A stretch of DNA of 61,353 bases, filler included, from Gemmatimonadota bacterium (GTDB taxonomy: Bacteria > 4572-55 > J002): assembly GCA_003697105.1 (NCBI GenBank). It is 3 parts of 3 records of this genome, joined end to end, with 100 filler letters (N's around TTAATTAATTAA, not from the genome) between each part and the next. Parts side by side here need not be neighbours in the genome. Positions count along the whole stretch, not along the records: positions 1 to 28,517 come from RFFQ01000181.1; 2 more parts are not named here. One strand, written 5' to 3'. The notes under the pieces are model-generated. The model had not been told where the DNA came from. It saw only the letters and a list, made by a program, of their open reading frames with translations, and made no database searches. The position numbers and the translations under genes are program-made. Shown here piece by piece: positions 18,117 to 28,617 of this stretch (the stretch's first letter is position 1; each line of letters starts with the position of its first letter).

Positions 18117-19319
18117 ATGACCCTTGATCAACAAATTGCCGCGATCAAACGTGGTACGCAAAGTATTATCCCGGAAGCAGAACTCCGGCAAAAATTAGAA
18201 AAATCGCAAAAAACCGGCAAACCGTTAAAAGTAAAATTGGGGCTTGATCCCACCGCGCCGGATATTCATCTTGGTTTTGCCGTTGTTTTACGTAAATTGC
18301 GTCTATTTCAGGACTTAGGTCATGAAGTTATCATTATCATCGGAGATTTCACCGCCAGCATTGGAGACCCCAGCGGAAAATCCAAAACCCGACCCCAACT
18401 TTCCCCACAAGAAATTGCGGAAAATGCGAAGACCTACGCCGATCAATACTCCAAAATTTTGGATCGGGAAAAAACAACGGTACGCTTTAATAGCGAGTGG
18501 CTACAACCTCTTGATTTTGCCGATATTATCCGGTTGGCATCCAAATTAACCGTCGCACGAATTTTAGAACGGGACGACTTTCAAAATCGATTGAAGGAAG
18601 GGCGCGAATTACGCTTGCATGAAATTTTATACCCCGTTTGCCAGGCGTATGATTCGGTGGCGTTGGAATCCGATATTGAAATGGGGGGAACGGATCAGAT
18701 GTTCAACATTTTGCTGGGGCGCGATCTGCAACGAGAATTCGGACAAGACCCGCAAATTGGGCTGTTCATGCCGTTACTTGTCGGAACAGATGGGACGGAA
18801 AAGATGAGCAAAAGTCTGGGCAATTACATCGGCATTCATGAACCCCCGGCAGAGATGTATGGCAAAACCCTTTCCATCCCAGATAGTGCCCTTTACACCT
18901 ATTACGAACTTGCCAGCGATGTCAGTGATGAAGAACTGGCGGAAATCAAAGTTCAACTGGAAACCGGTACGGCAAATCCACGAGACCTCAAACGTCGCCT
19001 TGCCCGTAACATTGTCGCCCAATATCACAGTGAAGATGCCGCCTACGCCGCGGAAGCCGAATTTGACCGTATTTTTATTAAAAAAAGCATTCCAGAAGAC
19101 ATTCCAGAATACCCGCTCAGGGAAAAACCCGCTCGCTTGATTGCGATTATGGTCGATCTGGAGTTTGCCAAATCCAACGGAGAAGCCCGCCGGCTCATCC
19201 GGCAGGGTGGGGTGTACTTAAACGAGGAACGGGTTCAGGATGAAAATCTGGAAATTACCGGCGAACAGGAATTGATTTTGAAGGTCGGGAAGCGTAAATT
19301 TGCCCGGCTATTACCTTAG
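18117..19319 (+). CDS. tyrS: Tyrosine--tRNA ligase
   Basis: GLDPTAPDIHLG (HIGH), GGTDQ, KMSKS, C-terminal S4 domain. Confidence 0.97.
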   Translation: MTLDQQIAAIKRGTQSIIPEAELRQKLEKSQKTGKPLKVKLGLDPTAPDIHLGFAVVLRKLRLFQDLGHEVIIIIGDFTASIGDPSGKSKTRPQLSPQEIAENAKTYADQYSKILDREKTTVRFNSEWLQPLDFADIIRLASKLTVARILERDDFQNRLKEGRELRLHEILYPVCQAYDSVALESDIEMGGTDQMFNILLGRDLQREFGQDPQIGLFMPLLVGTDGTEKMSKSLGNYIGIHEPPAEMYGKTLSIPDSALYTYYELASDVSDEELAEIKVQLETGTANPRDLKRRLARNIVAQYHSEDAAYAAEAEFDRIFIKKSIPEDIPEYPLREKPARLIAIMVDLEFAKSNGEARRLIRQGGVYLNEERVQDENLEITGEQELILKVGKRKFARLLP

Positions 19320-19348
19320 CCCACCCGATATAATGGATGTGGGGTCTT

Positions 19349-20290
19349 ATGCAGTCAAAACGGATTCGGAATATGGGATTACGCATCATCGCCCTGTTGA
19401 TTGCGATCGTGCTATGGGTACATACATCTGGAGAGTCAATCCATGAACTCACAACAGAGATTCCCATCCATTATCGTAATCTACCGAGCGATCTCTCTTT
19501 TGCGGGCGACGTCCCCGAAACCATCAATGTGACGATTCATGCCCCGGGGTTTGATCTGCTCCAACTCCGCGCCACAGACTTTTACGGATTGTATGCCGAA
19601 CTCGACCTTAAAGCCGTCCAACCCGGTAAAGAGACCTTCAACCTCAACACAGAAAACATTCATTTACCGGAAGAATTGCGCATCCAATCCATTGAAATCC
19701 GCTCCCACAAACGATTAACCCTCCAAATCGATCCGCTGATCGAAAAAACATTGACGGTCATCCCCGCCGTGGCAATCAAGCCAAAAAATGGACATATTTT
19801 AGTTGATAATCTGCAGATCGATCCCCCCCAAGTGACAGCCAGAGGTCCCCAAAGCACCCTCCGTGAGATGACCAGCATCAAAACCGAAAAGATTCAAATC
19901 CGGGAAGCAGACCGCACCATCTCCCAACAGGTACCCCTCCAAATTCCGCCGAATAGCCATCTGAGTTGTAAACCCTCCCATGTTACCATTGAACAACGAG
20001 TTGAAGCGTTTTCCCGACAACGATTTATGGGAGTTCCGGTCAAACTGATCAACGTTCGTAACGGCTACAACGCCCGAACAGACCCCGAAACGGCAACGGT
20101 GCTTATTTCTGGAATCGCCTCTATTGTGGACTCTCTGACTCTAAACGATTTAGCGTGCACCATCGATGCCCGTTGGCGGCGTGAAGGCGAATTTACCCTT
20201 CCGGTGAAGGTACGCTACCCAGAATCCCCCTATATTTCCCTCGATCTGGTCATTCCGGAGGAATTTACCCTTATCATTACCCGAAATTAA
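19349..20290 (+). CDS. CdaR/YbbR-like protein
   Basis: N-terminal TM (ALLIAIVLW) followed by repeated YbbR-type beta domains (PETINVTI, PPQVTARGP, PETATVLISG). Confidence 0.8.
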   Translation: MQSKRIRNMGLRIIALLIAIVLWVHTSGESIHELTTEIPIHYRNLPSDLSFAGDVPETINVTIHAPGFDLLQLRATDFYGLYAELDLKAVQPGKETFNLNTENIHLPEELRIQSIEIRSHKRLTLQIDPLIEKTLTVIPAVAIKPKNGHILVDNLQIDPPQVTARGPQSTLREMTSIKTEKIQIREADRTISQQVPLQIPPNSHLSCKPSHVTIEQRVEAFSRQRFMGVPVKLINVRNGYNARTDPETATVLISGIASIVDSLTLNDLACTIDARWRREGEFTLPVKVRYPESPYISLDLVIPEEFTLIITRN

Positions 20291-20298
20291 GTGCCTTT

Positions 20299-21225
20299 AT
20301 GAAGCCAACGTGGTGGGACTTGCAATTTCCCAATGGACTACAATACGTGACAATTCCAGATACCAACAATGAACCCGTCCAAATTGCCTACGCGGAAAAA
20401 GGCACGGGAAAACCGCTGGTGTTGGTGCAAGGGTGGGGCAGTTGGAGTTACGCTTGGCGAAAAAACATCGATGCGCTGGCAGAACAGTTTCGGGTAATTT
20501 GCTTTGACGGTAAAGGGTATGGATATTCTGAAAAACGTCCCACCCGTGAAAAAGCCGGACACCAAATTGAGGAAACCTTTCACATTTTGGCGGCATTGAC
20601 CGCCGAACCGGTCATCATGGTGGCGGAATCACTGGGAAGCGTGATTGCACTCGCGATAGCTCAACACCATCCAGAGCGAATTTCCCATCTGATTCTGATC
20701 GATTGTGCCGTGTTCCCCCAAAAACTACCCAATATGGGGATGCAACTCCTAACATATCTACCGCTCATGGGGGTGCAACGCCTTGACGAATGGGGGTGGA
20801 TACGTTTATTCAGCCCGTTGATTCAGTGGATAACATACGTCGCACAGGGTGAAATTTACACCAACCAGTCAATCAGTTACGATGCGATAAAAACCGTTAT
20901 CGATCCATTTATACGAGAGCGGTACGCCGTAACGCAACTGGTACAAGACACTCAAATTGCCGCGCGGGAAATTCAAAAATACCGGAAACACCAGCCAAAT
21001 CTTTTATGGGAAATTCACAACCGGCTTTCGCAGGTCAAACAGCCCACACTGATTTTGTGGGGCGAGAATGACCACTGGTTTCCCCCTTCGGATGGCGAAA
21101 AATTGTGTAACCTTTTGCCCAATGCGCAGTTGAAGATCATCCCCAACTGCGGGCATCATGCGCCGGGAGATCAGCCCGAAATCGTCAATACGGAAATATT
21201 GAACTTTCTTCAACAGGAAAATTAA
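20299..21225 (+). CDS. Alpha/beta-fold hydrolase
   Basis: FDGKGYGYS, nucleophile elbow AESLG, WGEND, CGHH. Confidence 0.88.
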   Translation: MKPTWWDLQFPNGLQYVTIPDTNNEPVQIAYAEKGTGKPLVLVQGWGSWSYAWRKNIDALAEQFRVICFDGKGYGYSEKRPTREKAGHQIEETFHILAALTAEPVIMVAESLGSVIALAIAQHHPERISHLILIDCAVFPQKLPNMGMQLLTYLPLMGVQRLDEWGWIRLFSPLIQWITYVAQGEIYTNQSISYDAIKTVIDPFIRERYAVTQLVQDTQIAAREIQKYRKHQPNLLWEIHNRLSQVKQPTLILWGENDHWFPPSDGEKLCNLLPNAQLKIIPNCGHHAPGDQPEIVNTEILNFLQQEN

Positions 21226-21230
21226 AACTG

Positions 21231-22385
21231 ATGACAACCCCAACCCGCCAACCGCTCAATCTTCTTTTTGTGAACGGTATCCGCGAGCATATTTTTCGAG
21301 GCGGCGAGAAATGGATGCTTTTGACCGCCAGTGGATTGCATCAGCGGGGTCACACGGTCCTCATCAGCGGACGTCCCAATAGCGAGTGGATCAAGCGATG
21401 TGCCGCGGCAGGATTACCAGTCTATCCCACTCCCTTACGCGGTGATTTCTACCCGCCAGCGTGGCGTTTCTTCTATCAGTTGGTCAAAGCACATCATATT
21501 GACGGCGTCTGCCTCTCGATGGAAAAAGCGGTGCGGTTGTGTGGTGTGGCGGCAAAAATGGCGGGTGTTCCGGCGATCGTCTCTCGCAAAGGACTGATGC
21601 TGATGAAAAATGAACTGCTCTACCGTCTGGCATACCGCTACATCGTGGACCGCGTAATCACCAATTCGCACCAGTTAAAAACGGAAATGTGCCAATTTGA
21701 TTTCCTCTCACCGGAAAAAGTGAGTGTTGTTCACAACGGAGTGGAATTACCCCCGTTGATGAGTCAAAGCGAAAAGCAACAATTAAGAGAAAAATTCAAG
21801 TTACCCGTAAATGCGTTGATCATCGCCGGAGCGGGTCGATTTTCCCCCCAAAAGGGATTTACCGATTTAATCAATGCGTTTTTTCGCGTTCGTCAAACCC
21901 TCCCTCACGTCCATCTGGTATTGTTTGGCGACGGTGAAGAGAAACCCCAATTGGTCGATCAAACCAAAACGTTGTCCTTGACAAACGAGGTACACTTTTT
22001 AGGACACCAACAACCTTTACCGACATTAATACAACTGGCGGATTTGTTTGTACTTTCCTCACATTACGAAGGAATGCCCAACGTGGTACTAGAAGCCATG
22101 TCTGCCCAAGTTCCGGTGCTGTCAACGAACGTCAACGGCGTACCGGAATTAATTGAGGAAGGGGTTTCCGGAGTTACCGTCGAACCCCAAAACCCAGCAC
22201 AATTAGCACAACACATCATCGGGTTATTATCGGATGAATCCCGGCGAAAATCACTGGCAATCGCCGGACGACAGCGGGTCGAGCATCATTTTACCATCCG
22301 CCAGATGATTGACGGCATGGAAGCATTGTTTTACGACATTCTAGCCGAAAAAGGGAAGGGAAACAGTGAAGGTATTCATCACTAA
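21231..22385 (+). CDS. GT4 family glycosyltransferase
   Basis: GGEKW, HNGV, GRFSPQKG, EGMPNVVLEAM. Confidence 0.9.
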   Translation: MTTPTRQPLNLLFVNGIREHIFRGGEKWMLLTASGLHQRGHTVLISGRPNSEWIKRCAAAGLPVYPTPLRGDFYPPAWRFFYQLVKAHHIDGVCLSMEKAVRLCGVAAKMAGVPAIVSRKGLMLMKNELLYRLAYRYIVDRVITNSHQLKTEMCQFDFLSPEKVSVVHNGVELPPLMSQSEKQQLREKFKLPVNALIIAGAGRFSPQKGFTDLINAFFRVRQTLPHVHLVLFGDGEEKPQLVDQTKTLSLTNEVHFLGHQQPLPTLIQLADLFVLSSHYEGMPNVVLEAMSAQVPVLSTNVNGVPELIEEGVSGVTVEPQNPAQLAQHIIGLLSDESRRKSLAIAGRQRVEHHFTIRQMIDGMEALFYDILAEKGKGNSEGIHH

Positions 22386-23439
22386 CTCATCCCGCGTTTG
22401 GGGCGGAAACGAAAATTGGGCAGTCACCACTGCTGAAGGATTGCAGAATGCAGGTCACACGGTCAAGTTGATCCTCAAAGCCGGGGGAGCGGTACAAAAA
22501 CGGGCAACCGCACGCGGTCTGTCTGTAATCGCGCTGGAGCGATTCGGGGGCGACGCGGAGCTACCGGCTCTTCTCCGGTTTTACCGGTTATTCCGGCGCG
22601 AACAACCGGACGCAATTATTTTGACCAACACCAAGGATTATTGGGTTTGCGGCTTAACCAGCTATTTGGCAGGAGTACCAAAGCGGATTCTGCGCCTTTC
22701 AATGGTACGGCGCATTCAGAACAATATCAAATATAAACTGATTTACACGCGATTTAGCACTCACGTGATTGTAAACAGCCGAGAAGTGGAGACGGGTATC
22801 CGGCAATCCGCGGCGTGGTTGCAGTCGATCCCCATTGAGGTCGTTTATAACGGGGTTAGCCGCCTCAAGGTTTCACCACCGCGAGAACAACCGCTTGAGT
22901 TACCCTCAAATGCGTTTGTGATTGGCGCTTGTGCCAATATTACGACTCGTAAACGATTTGATTGGGTAATCCGGGCAGTGGCAGAATCATCTCCAGAATT
23001 GAATCACGCTCAGGTGGTACTGGTGGGCGAGGGTAGCGCCCTTCCCGACCTGCAAAAATTAGCCGAACAATTACATGTTACAAATCGCATACATTTCCCC
23101 GGTTATACCTCTGACCCACACCCGTGGTACCATCTGTTTGACCTAAATGTCTTGCCTTCGCAACAAGAAGGAATGCCGACTGCCATTCTGGAAGCCATGG
23201 CACAGGGGTGCCCCACCCTTGCCACCGATTGCGGCGGTGTACGGGAATTATTGAACAACGGCGAATGCGGGATGATTGTCGGGATCAATGATTACAACGG
23301 GTTCAAACAGGCATTGATTGATCTAGCATCCCAACCGGATCGATTAGCAACATACCGGAAAAACAGCATTGAACGGGTCAAAACACATTTTACGCACACG
23401 AAATTGATCGAACATCTCAACCGCATTTTAATGAGTTAA
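22366..23439 (+). CDS. GT4 family glycosyltransferase
   Basis: WGGNE, YNGV, EGMPTAILEAM. Confidence 0.9.
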   Translation: MKVFITNSSRVWGGNENWAVTTAEGLQNAGHTVKLILKAGGAVQKRATARGLSVIALERFGGDAELPALLRFYRLFRREQPDAIILTNTKDYWVCGLTSYLAGVPKRILRLSMVRRIQNNIKYKLIYTRFSTHVIVNSREVETGIRQSAAWLQSIPIEVVYNGVSRLKVSPPREQPLELPSNAFVIGACANITTRKRFDWVIRAVAESSPELNHAQVVLVGEGSALPDLQKLAEQLHVTNRIHFPGYTSDPHPWYHLFDLNVLPSQQEGMPTAILEAMAQGCPTLATDCGGVRELLNNGECGMIVGINDYNGFKQALIDLASQPDRLATYRKNSIERVKTHFTHTKLIEHLNRILMS

Positions 23440-23538
23440 TCTGGAAGCACCAACATGTCATAAACCCTCGACACGTTGGAAAACATCAGATGTGATCTGT
23501 CGTGCGTCCGCGGTGGAAGTGCCGGTCATCGTGACGGA

Positions 23539-24714
23539 TTACCCTTTAGCCGGATGGCAAAGCCGGTGGATTTCAGCCAGCATCAGTTTCCCCCGTTTTT
23601 GCCAGAGATACGCATCTGCCTGCTGTAGCGCCGCGTGAGTAAATTGGCGGTAAACGGCATTCGTTTTTAGAATATGGCGGATTCCTTGTGCCATTTCTGC
23701 GGGGTTTTCCGGGGTGAAAAATTGCGCCGCCCGCTCATCCGGTAAAAAGTTCCGAATGGCAGGTAGATCCGCGGTAACAATGGGAATCCCGTGTGAGAGA
23801 TAATCAAACAATTTATTCGGTGCGGTTAGGTAGCGGTTGTAGAACACATTTTTTAACGGAATGACGCCGATGGCAACCTTTTCTAACCAGTGATCGACTT
23901 CGACCGGTGGAATCCAGCCGGTAATGTGAATGCGGTCTTGCCAACCTGCTACGGTAATGTGGTGCTGAATGGGCGCAATTTCCCGGTCATCTCGTCCCCC
24001 GATGAGAACCAGTTTTAAATCTGGGTCTTCTAACAAGCGGAATGCTTCAAACAGAAATTCAACCCCTTTTTTCCACTCCAAACTACCAACATAGCCGATC
24101 AGTTTATGCCGAAACCGGTCAAATTGAGGGGGTTTAATGCGTAGCAATCCCGGCTTTGCCACGGTGATCGCGTGGTTGGGGAAATATTTTTGATACCATT
24201 GGGCTTGAGCTTCTTGAAGACATAGCACACCGGTCATTCGGGGAATAAACGTCCGCTCCAGCCAGCGATATTTTTTCGCATTTGCTGGCTTCAGGTCCGG
24301 GCGGATAGAAAGATCGAGGTAAAAATTATGCGGCTGGTAAAACACCGGAATTTGGGTGTGGAATTTTAACCAAGCCAAGTATGGTAGTGCGCCCGGATCC
24401 CGGGAGATGACCGCGTCGAGCGGTCGATGTTGGTGAAGTTGCCGAATTTGGCGAAACGCCTCCAGATAAAACCATTGGTTGGTACGTATTCCGAAGCGAG
24501 CCGTTCGCGGGAGCATGATCACCTGAAAATGAGGTAATTCCTCCAACTCAAAATTGGCAAAAAGAGATGTTGTGGTGAAATGGGGGTCTTTTTTTTGAGT
24601 AATAAGGATACACTCCGCCCCACCCAATGCCAAACCATAACCGTTTAACAGGGAAAAATTGACTGCCGGAATATTCGTATCCATCCGGACTTTATTGAGG
24701 TAAACAACTCTCAT
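23539..24714 (-). CDS. GT4 family glycosyltransferase
   Basis: YVGSLEWKKG, PNKLFDYL; ATG 24714 overlaps the miaA stop. Confidence 0.85.
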   Translation of the reverse strand: MRVVYLNKVRMDTNIPAVNFSLLNGYGLALGGAECILITQKKDPHFTTTSLFANFELEELPHFQVIMLPRTARFGIRTNQWFYLEAFRQIRQLHQHRPLDAVISRDPGALPYLAWLKFHTQIPVFYQPHNFYLDLSIRPDLKPANAKKYRWLERTFIPRMTGVLCLQEAQAQWYQKYFPNHAITVAKPGLLRIKPPQFDRFRHKLIGYVGSLEWKKGVEFLFEAFRLLEDPDLKLVLIGGRDDREIAPIQHHITVAGWQDRIHITGWIPPVEVDHWLEKVAIGVIPLKNVFYNRYLTAPNKLFDYLSHGIPIVTADLPAIRNFLPDERAAQFFTPENPAEMAQGIRHILKTNAVYRQFTHAALQQADAYLWQKRGKLMLAEIHRLCHPAKG

Positions 24715-25637
24715 CGCGGATGTTCCCATAAATGCAAAATTTCAGCGCAAATGTCTGCTGAGGACTGCTCTCCCACATCCAGCCATTGAATGCGCGGATT
24801 CGCCCGAAACCAAGTCAATTGACGCTTGGCATAACGGCGGCTGTTTTGCTTGATCTGATTTACCGCATCGGTTTGGGAGATGCGCCCTTGCAAATAGGCA
24901 ATCGATTCTTTGTAACCGATGGTATTTAAGGCATTTAGATCGGGTGAGAATCCGTGGTCTAAGATGGATTGGACTTCATCAAACAAACCCATTTCAATCA
25001 TCTGATCGACACGAAGTTCAATCCGTTGGTATAGTGCCGCCCGATCTCGGGTCAAGCCAATAAATAGAGGGTCATAGCGTGGATTCGATTGCGCCTGATG
25101 TTCGGTATGCCACGCGGTGAGGGTTTTACCGGTGCCGTGATACACTTCCAGCGCCCGTACTAGCCGCTTGCGGTCATGGGGGTGAATCCGGGCGGCGGAC
25201 GGAGGATCGACCTGACGCAGTTGGTCATACAAGCTCGCTAATGGTAAATTTTTCAGTTTGTTACGGATTTCAGGATCTGCCGGAGGTCCTGAAAAAAACC
25301 CCTCAATTAATGCGCGAATGTACAACCCAGAACCGCCCACGATCACCGGAGTTTTAGAACGTTTCCGCAACTGATCGATAATCCGGTGGCTATCAGTGGC
25401 AAACTGGGCGGCATCGTACGATTGATCGGGGCTTACAATATCAATTTGATGATGAAACACGGCGGCTTGTTCTTGCGGGGTCGGTTTTGCCGTGCCGATA
25501 TCGAGATAGCGGTATATTTGGCGGGAGTCTGCTGAGATAATTTCGCCGTTTAAATGGTGTGCCACCCGAATACCAAGGGCAGTTTTTCCCACCGCCGTGG
25601 GTCCGGCAATAATCACAAGATCATATGTATCTGGCAT
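24711..25637 (-). CDS. miaA: tRNA dimethylallyltransferase
   Basis: GPTAVGKT, SADSRQIY, DIGTAKP, VGGSGLY, YAKRQLTWF. Confidence 0.97.
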   Translation of the reverse strand: MPDTYDLVIIAGPTAVGKTALGIRVAHHLNGEIISADSRQIYRYLDIGTAKPTPQEQAAVFHHQIDIVSPDQSYDAAQFATDSHRIIDQLRKRSKTPVIVGGSGLYIRALIEGFFSGPPADPEIRNKLKNLPLASLYDQLRQVDPPSAARIHPHDRKRLVRALEVYHGTGKTLTAWHTEHQAQSNPRYDPLFIGLTRDRAALYQRIELRVDQMIEMGLFDEVQSILDHGFSPDLNALNTIGYKESIAYLQGRISQTDAVNQIKQNSRRYAKRQLTWFRANPRIQWLDVGEQSSADICAEILHLWEHPR

Positions 25638-25765
25638 GAAGGCACTTGCTCATTTCCGTTTCGGTCTATTGGGATAATTTTAATTGACAAACCTCGGGGG
25701 ATCCCCTAGAATGTCCATCATTCCGTTCATGTCTCTCCGCGAATTTTCCCAAATAGGATAAACTC

Positions 25766-26767
25766 ATGCGACGATTCATTGGATTTTGGGTGATGCTGAT
25801 GGTCTGTTTTGGCATTCATCCGATTCACGCCCAAGCACCCACCTTTCGTGGGGATAAAGTGTATAAAACGGATGGACAAATTTTAGTTGGTAAGGTGTTG
25901 AAGATTACGGTTCAAGAAGTATTGATTCAAGTTGAGCACGAGCGGACATCTCTTACAATACCCAGCTCTGAAATTGATCGCGTTCGACTAAAAAATGGTA
26001 CGGAAATCCAGTTTCCAATCGATGAAGATTATGTGGATATTGAAGGGACGCCCTACCAACGCAAGAAAGTAAAATCGACTCATGTCGAAAACAGTGCCGG
26101 CCTGTTTGTCAGCGGATTTCGTTATGAACCGTCCTTGAAATCATTCAATGCGTTCATCGATTATACAAATAATGAATTCACCAACATCTTTCCGGCTCAA
26201 GTCACCGGCGTCACCATTGAAGACCCTCTTGAACTCAAACATTTAGAGGGTAATTACGGCATTCATGCGGGTTTCCGCTATTATACCGATCCCGGGTGGT
26301 CGATTGCCCTCTCCTACGGCTATATGTCCACAGATAGTAAAGATGAATTCAGTTATTGGATTCAAAATACATTATATGAATATAAATTCCGGTATATCCT
26401 CAACGCTACGATTGTTGGATTGACGTTTCGTAGTAATCTTATCAAATCTGGGTGGGTTTCTCCGATTTTAGGTGGTGGATTTGACATCTATTCGATTCGT
26501 CGTAAATTGGAATTGGCGACTCCCGATCCCGAAGATACCATCACCCAAGTCGCAAAACAAGAATTTTTATATTTTGAAGACGATGCGCGAGGGGTGGGCA
26601 TCACAGGTTTAGGGGGATTGGAGCTCAACATTACCCGTAATTGGGCCGTGAATGCCGAAGCAAAATATACTTTTTACGGAAAAGCCACGACCAATTATAG
26701 TAAAACGTATGATGTCGAGATGGACGGATGGGCGGCAAGTGCCACCGTATTATTCTACTTCAAATAA
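25766..26767 (+). CDS. Outer-membrane beta-barrel protein
   Basis: Signal peptide, amphipathic beta strands, aromatic C-terminus (LFYFK). Confidence 0.7.
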   Translation: MRRFIGFWVMLMVCFGIHPIHAQAPTFRGDKVYKTDGQILVGKVLKITVQEVLIQVEHERTSLTIPSSEIDRVRLKNGTEIQFPIDEDYVDIEGTPYQRKKVKSTHVENSAGLFVSGFRYEPSLKSFNAFIDYTNNEFTNIFPAQVTGVTIEDPLELKHLEGNYGIHAGFRYYTDPGWSIALSYGYMSTDSKDEFSYWIQNTLYEYKFRYILNATIVGLTFRSNLIKSGWVSPILGGGFDIYSIRRKLELATPDPEDTITQVAKQEFLYFEDDARGVGITGLGGLELNITRNWAVNAEAKYTFYGKATTNYSKTYDVEMDGWAASATVLFYFK

Positions 26768-26928
26768 CATATTTATAATCAACAAGTTAAATCGCTTTAT
26801 CACCTAAAATTTGAGCGATTAATCTGAAACAAAAACTTACAAAAAAACCTAAAAAAAATATCTATAACCATCTGGAAATAAAAGAGTTAACTTCAACAAA
26901 ATCTGAGAAAAAATCCCTGAAATTTTTC

Positions 26929-26957
26929 TTGACATTTGAAATAATCTCCTGTATTAT
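26929..26957 (+). promoter_or_regulatory. sigma70-type promoter of dnaA
   Basis: TTGACA, 17 bp, TATTAT in an AT-rich intergenic region. Confidence 0.7.
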
Positions 26958-27040
26958 CGACAAACGCTCTTTTTATAAGCGGGATACGAAGGATATTCGA
27001 TTATTTTGGTGCATGACTATGCGGGGATGAAGGGAAGTTT

Positions 27041-28435
27041 ATGAGTTCCACAGCGGCTCAACTTTGGGAAAAGGTATTAGAAGGAATCCGATCGGAAGTC
27101 GATGAACAAAGTTACGAAACGTGGCTTGCCAGTGCAAAAGGCGTGTCACTCTCAACAGACTTTCTATATATTGAGGTCGAGAGTGATTTTGCTGCGAATT
27201 ATATTTATCGTAACATGAAGGATCAACTCGAAGCGGTGTTAAAAAAAACGGTCAACAATAAATCCGTTGGGATTAAATGTATCGTTGCTGAAGGTCAAGC
27301 CCCTCGCCCTCAACACGCGGAATCACCCGCACCTTCCACACTCCGCCCACCGGATCATTCTCGGAAACGGGTTTCCGGAGCCACCCCGGTTCAAACCCTT
27401 GAAAGCACTTTAAATCCGAAATACACATTTAGTGAATTTGTTGTCGGGAAAAGTAACCAGTTCGCCCATGCCGCAGCAAAAGGTGTGGCTGAAAAACCTG
27501 CCCAAATTTATAACCCGCTTTTTATCTACGGTGGTGTCGGTTTAGGAAAAACACACTTGATGCAAGCAATTGGGCATAGCGTTAAAGAACAACAGCCCCA
27601 GAGCAAAGTCTATTATGTTCAAGCCGAAAATTTCATGAATGAAATGATCCAATCGATCCAGCATGGTAATATCATGGATTTTCGGAATAAACACCGGAAT
27701 TTGGATGTATTATTGATAGATGATATTCAATTTATTGCCGGAAAAGAAAGTACGCAGGAAGAGTTTTTCCACACCTTTAATTCACTTCATGGGGCACACA
27801 AGCAGATTATTGTCACAAGTGACCGCCCTCCTAAAGAAATACCCACCTTGGAAGCACGGCTGGTATCTCGTTTTGAATGGGGGTTAATTACCGATATTCA
27901 ACCCCCAGATTTTGAAACACGGGTGGCAATTCTCCGAAAAAAAGCCGAATCCCACTCCCTTGAAATCCCCAACAATGTGATGCACTTCATTGCACACAAT
28001 ATTGATTCCAATATTCGAGAGCTAGAAGGCTCGCTGATCCGTTTAATTGCCTATGCCCAAATTAAAGACCTGCCCATCACGATTGAAATGGCAGGAGAGG
28101 TTCTTAAAGATATGATGGGTGAGGGAAATCACACTATCACAATTGATATTATTCAGCGGGTTGTTGGTGATTATTTTAATGTTTCAATGGCGGATCTCAT
28201 ATCCTCCAAGCGGCATAGCCACCTTGCCCGCTCGCGTCAAATCGCGATGTACCTCTCCCGGGAGTACACCAACGCCTCTCTGATTGAAATTGGGAAAAAT
28301 TTCGGTGATCGGGATCACGCCACGGTTATTCACGCCCATAAAAAAATTAAGAAAGAACTCTCGAAAGAGACGGAAACAGCTAAAGATATTAAAGAACTCA
28401 CCACAATACTTCAGGAGTGGCTGAACCAAAAATAA
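27041..28435 (+). CDS. dnaA: Chromosomal replication initiator DnaA (complete, domains I-IV)
   Basis: Domain I (LWEKVL...YETWL), Walker A GGVGLGKT, Walker B LLIDD, SNIRELEG, domain IV RQIAMYL...RDHATV. Confidence 0.97.
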   Translation: MSSTAAQLWEKVLEGIRSEVDEQSYETWLASAKGVSLSTDFLYIEVESDFAANYIYRNMKDQLEAVLKKTVNNKSVGIKCIVAEGQAPRPQHAESPAPSTLRPPDHSRKRVSGATPVQTLESTLNPKYTFSEFVVGKSNQFAHAAAKGVAEKPAQIYNPLFIYGGVGLGKTHLMQAIGHSVKEQQPQSKVYYVQAENFMNEMIQSIQHGNIMDFRNKHRNLDVLLIDDIQFIAGKESTQEEFFHTFNSLHGAHKQIIVTSDRPPKEIPTLEARLVSRFEWGLITDIQPPDFETRVAILRKKAESHSLEIPNNVMHFIAHNIDSNIRELEGSLIRLIAYAQIKDLPITIEMAGEVLKDMMGEGNHTITIDIIQRVVGDYFNVSMADLISSKRHSHLARSRQIAMYLSREYTNASLIEIGKNFGDRDHATVIHAHKKIKKELSKETETAKDIKELTTILQEWLNQK

Positions 28436-28440
28436 CAAAA

Positions 28441-28489
28441 CCCCTACATATTGTGTGTTGTAAAGTACTGACATCACAAGATATTGTGA
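28441..28489 (+). promoter_or_regulatory. Tandem NrdR-box-like motifs downstream of dnaA
   Basis: cccCtAcATaTtGtgt (28441-28456) and tcaCaAgATaTtGtga (28474-28489) fit the acaCwAtATaTwGtgt consensus; 33 bp start to start. Confidence 0.65.
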
Positions 28490-28517
28490 ATATCTATAAA
28501 AACAGATAACATAATTA

Positions 28518-28617
28518 NNNNNNNNNNNNNNNNNNNNNNNNNNNNNNNNNNNNNNNNNNNNTTAATTAATTAANNNNNNNNNNNNNNNNNNNNNNNNNNN
28601 NNNNNNNNNNNNNNNNN
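28518..28617. other. Artificial contig-joining spacer
   Basis: N-run with a central TTAATTAATTAA six-frame stop linker. Confidence 0.98.

Noticed and set aside
26768-27040. oriC in the AT-rich region upstream of dnaA
   Set aside because: No convincing cluster of TTATNCACA boxes was found by eye; only a promoter is supported.
28562-28573. TTAATTAATTAA palindrome occurring twice (also 37742-37753)
   Set aside because: It is a synthetic stop linker inside N-runs.
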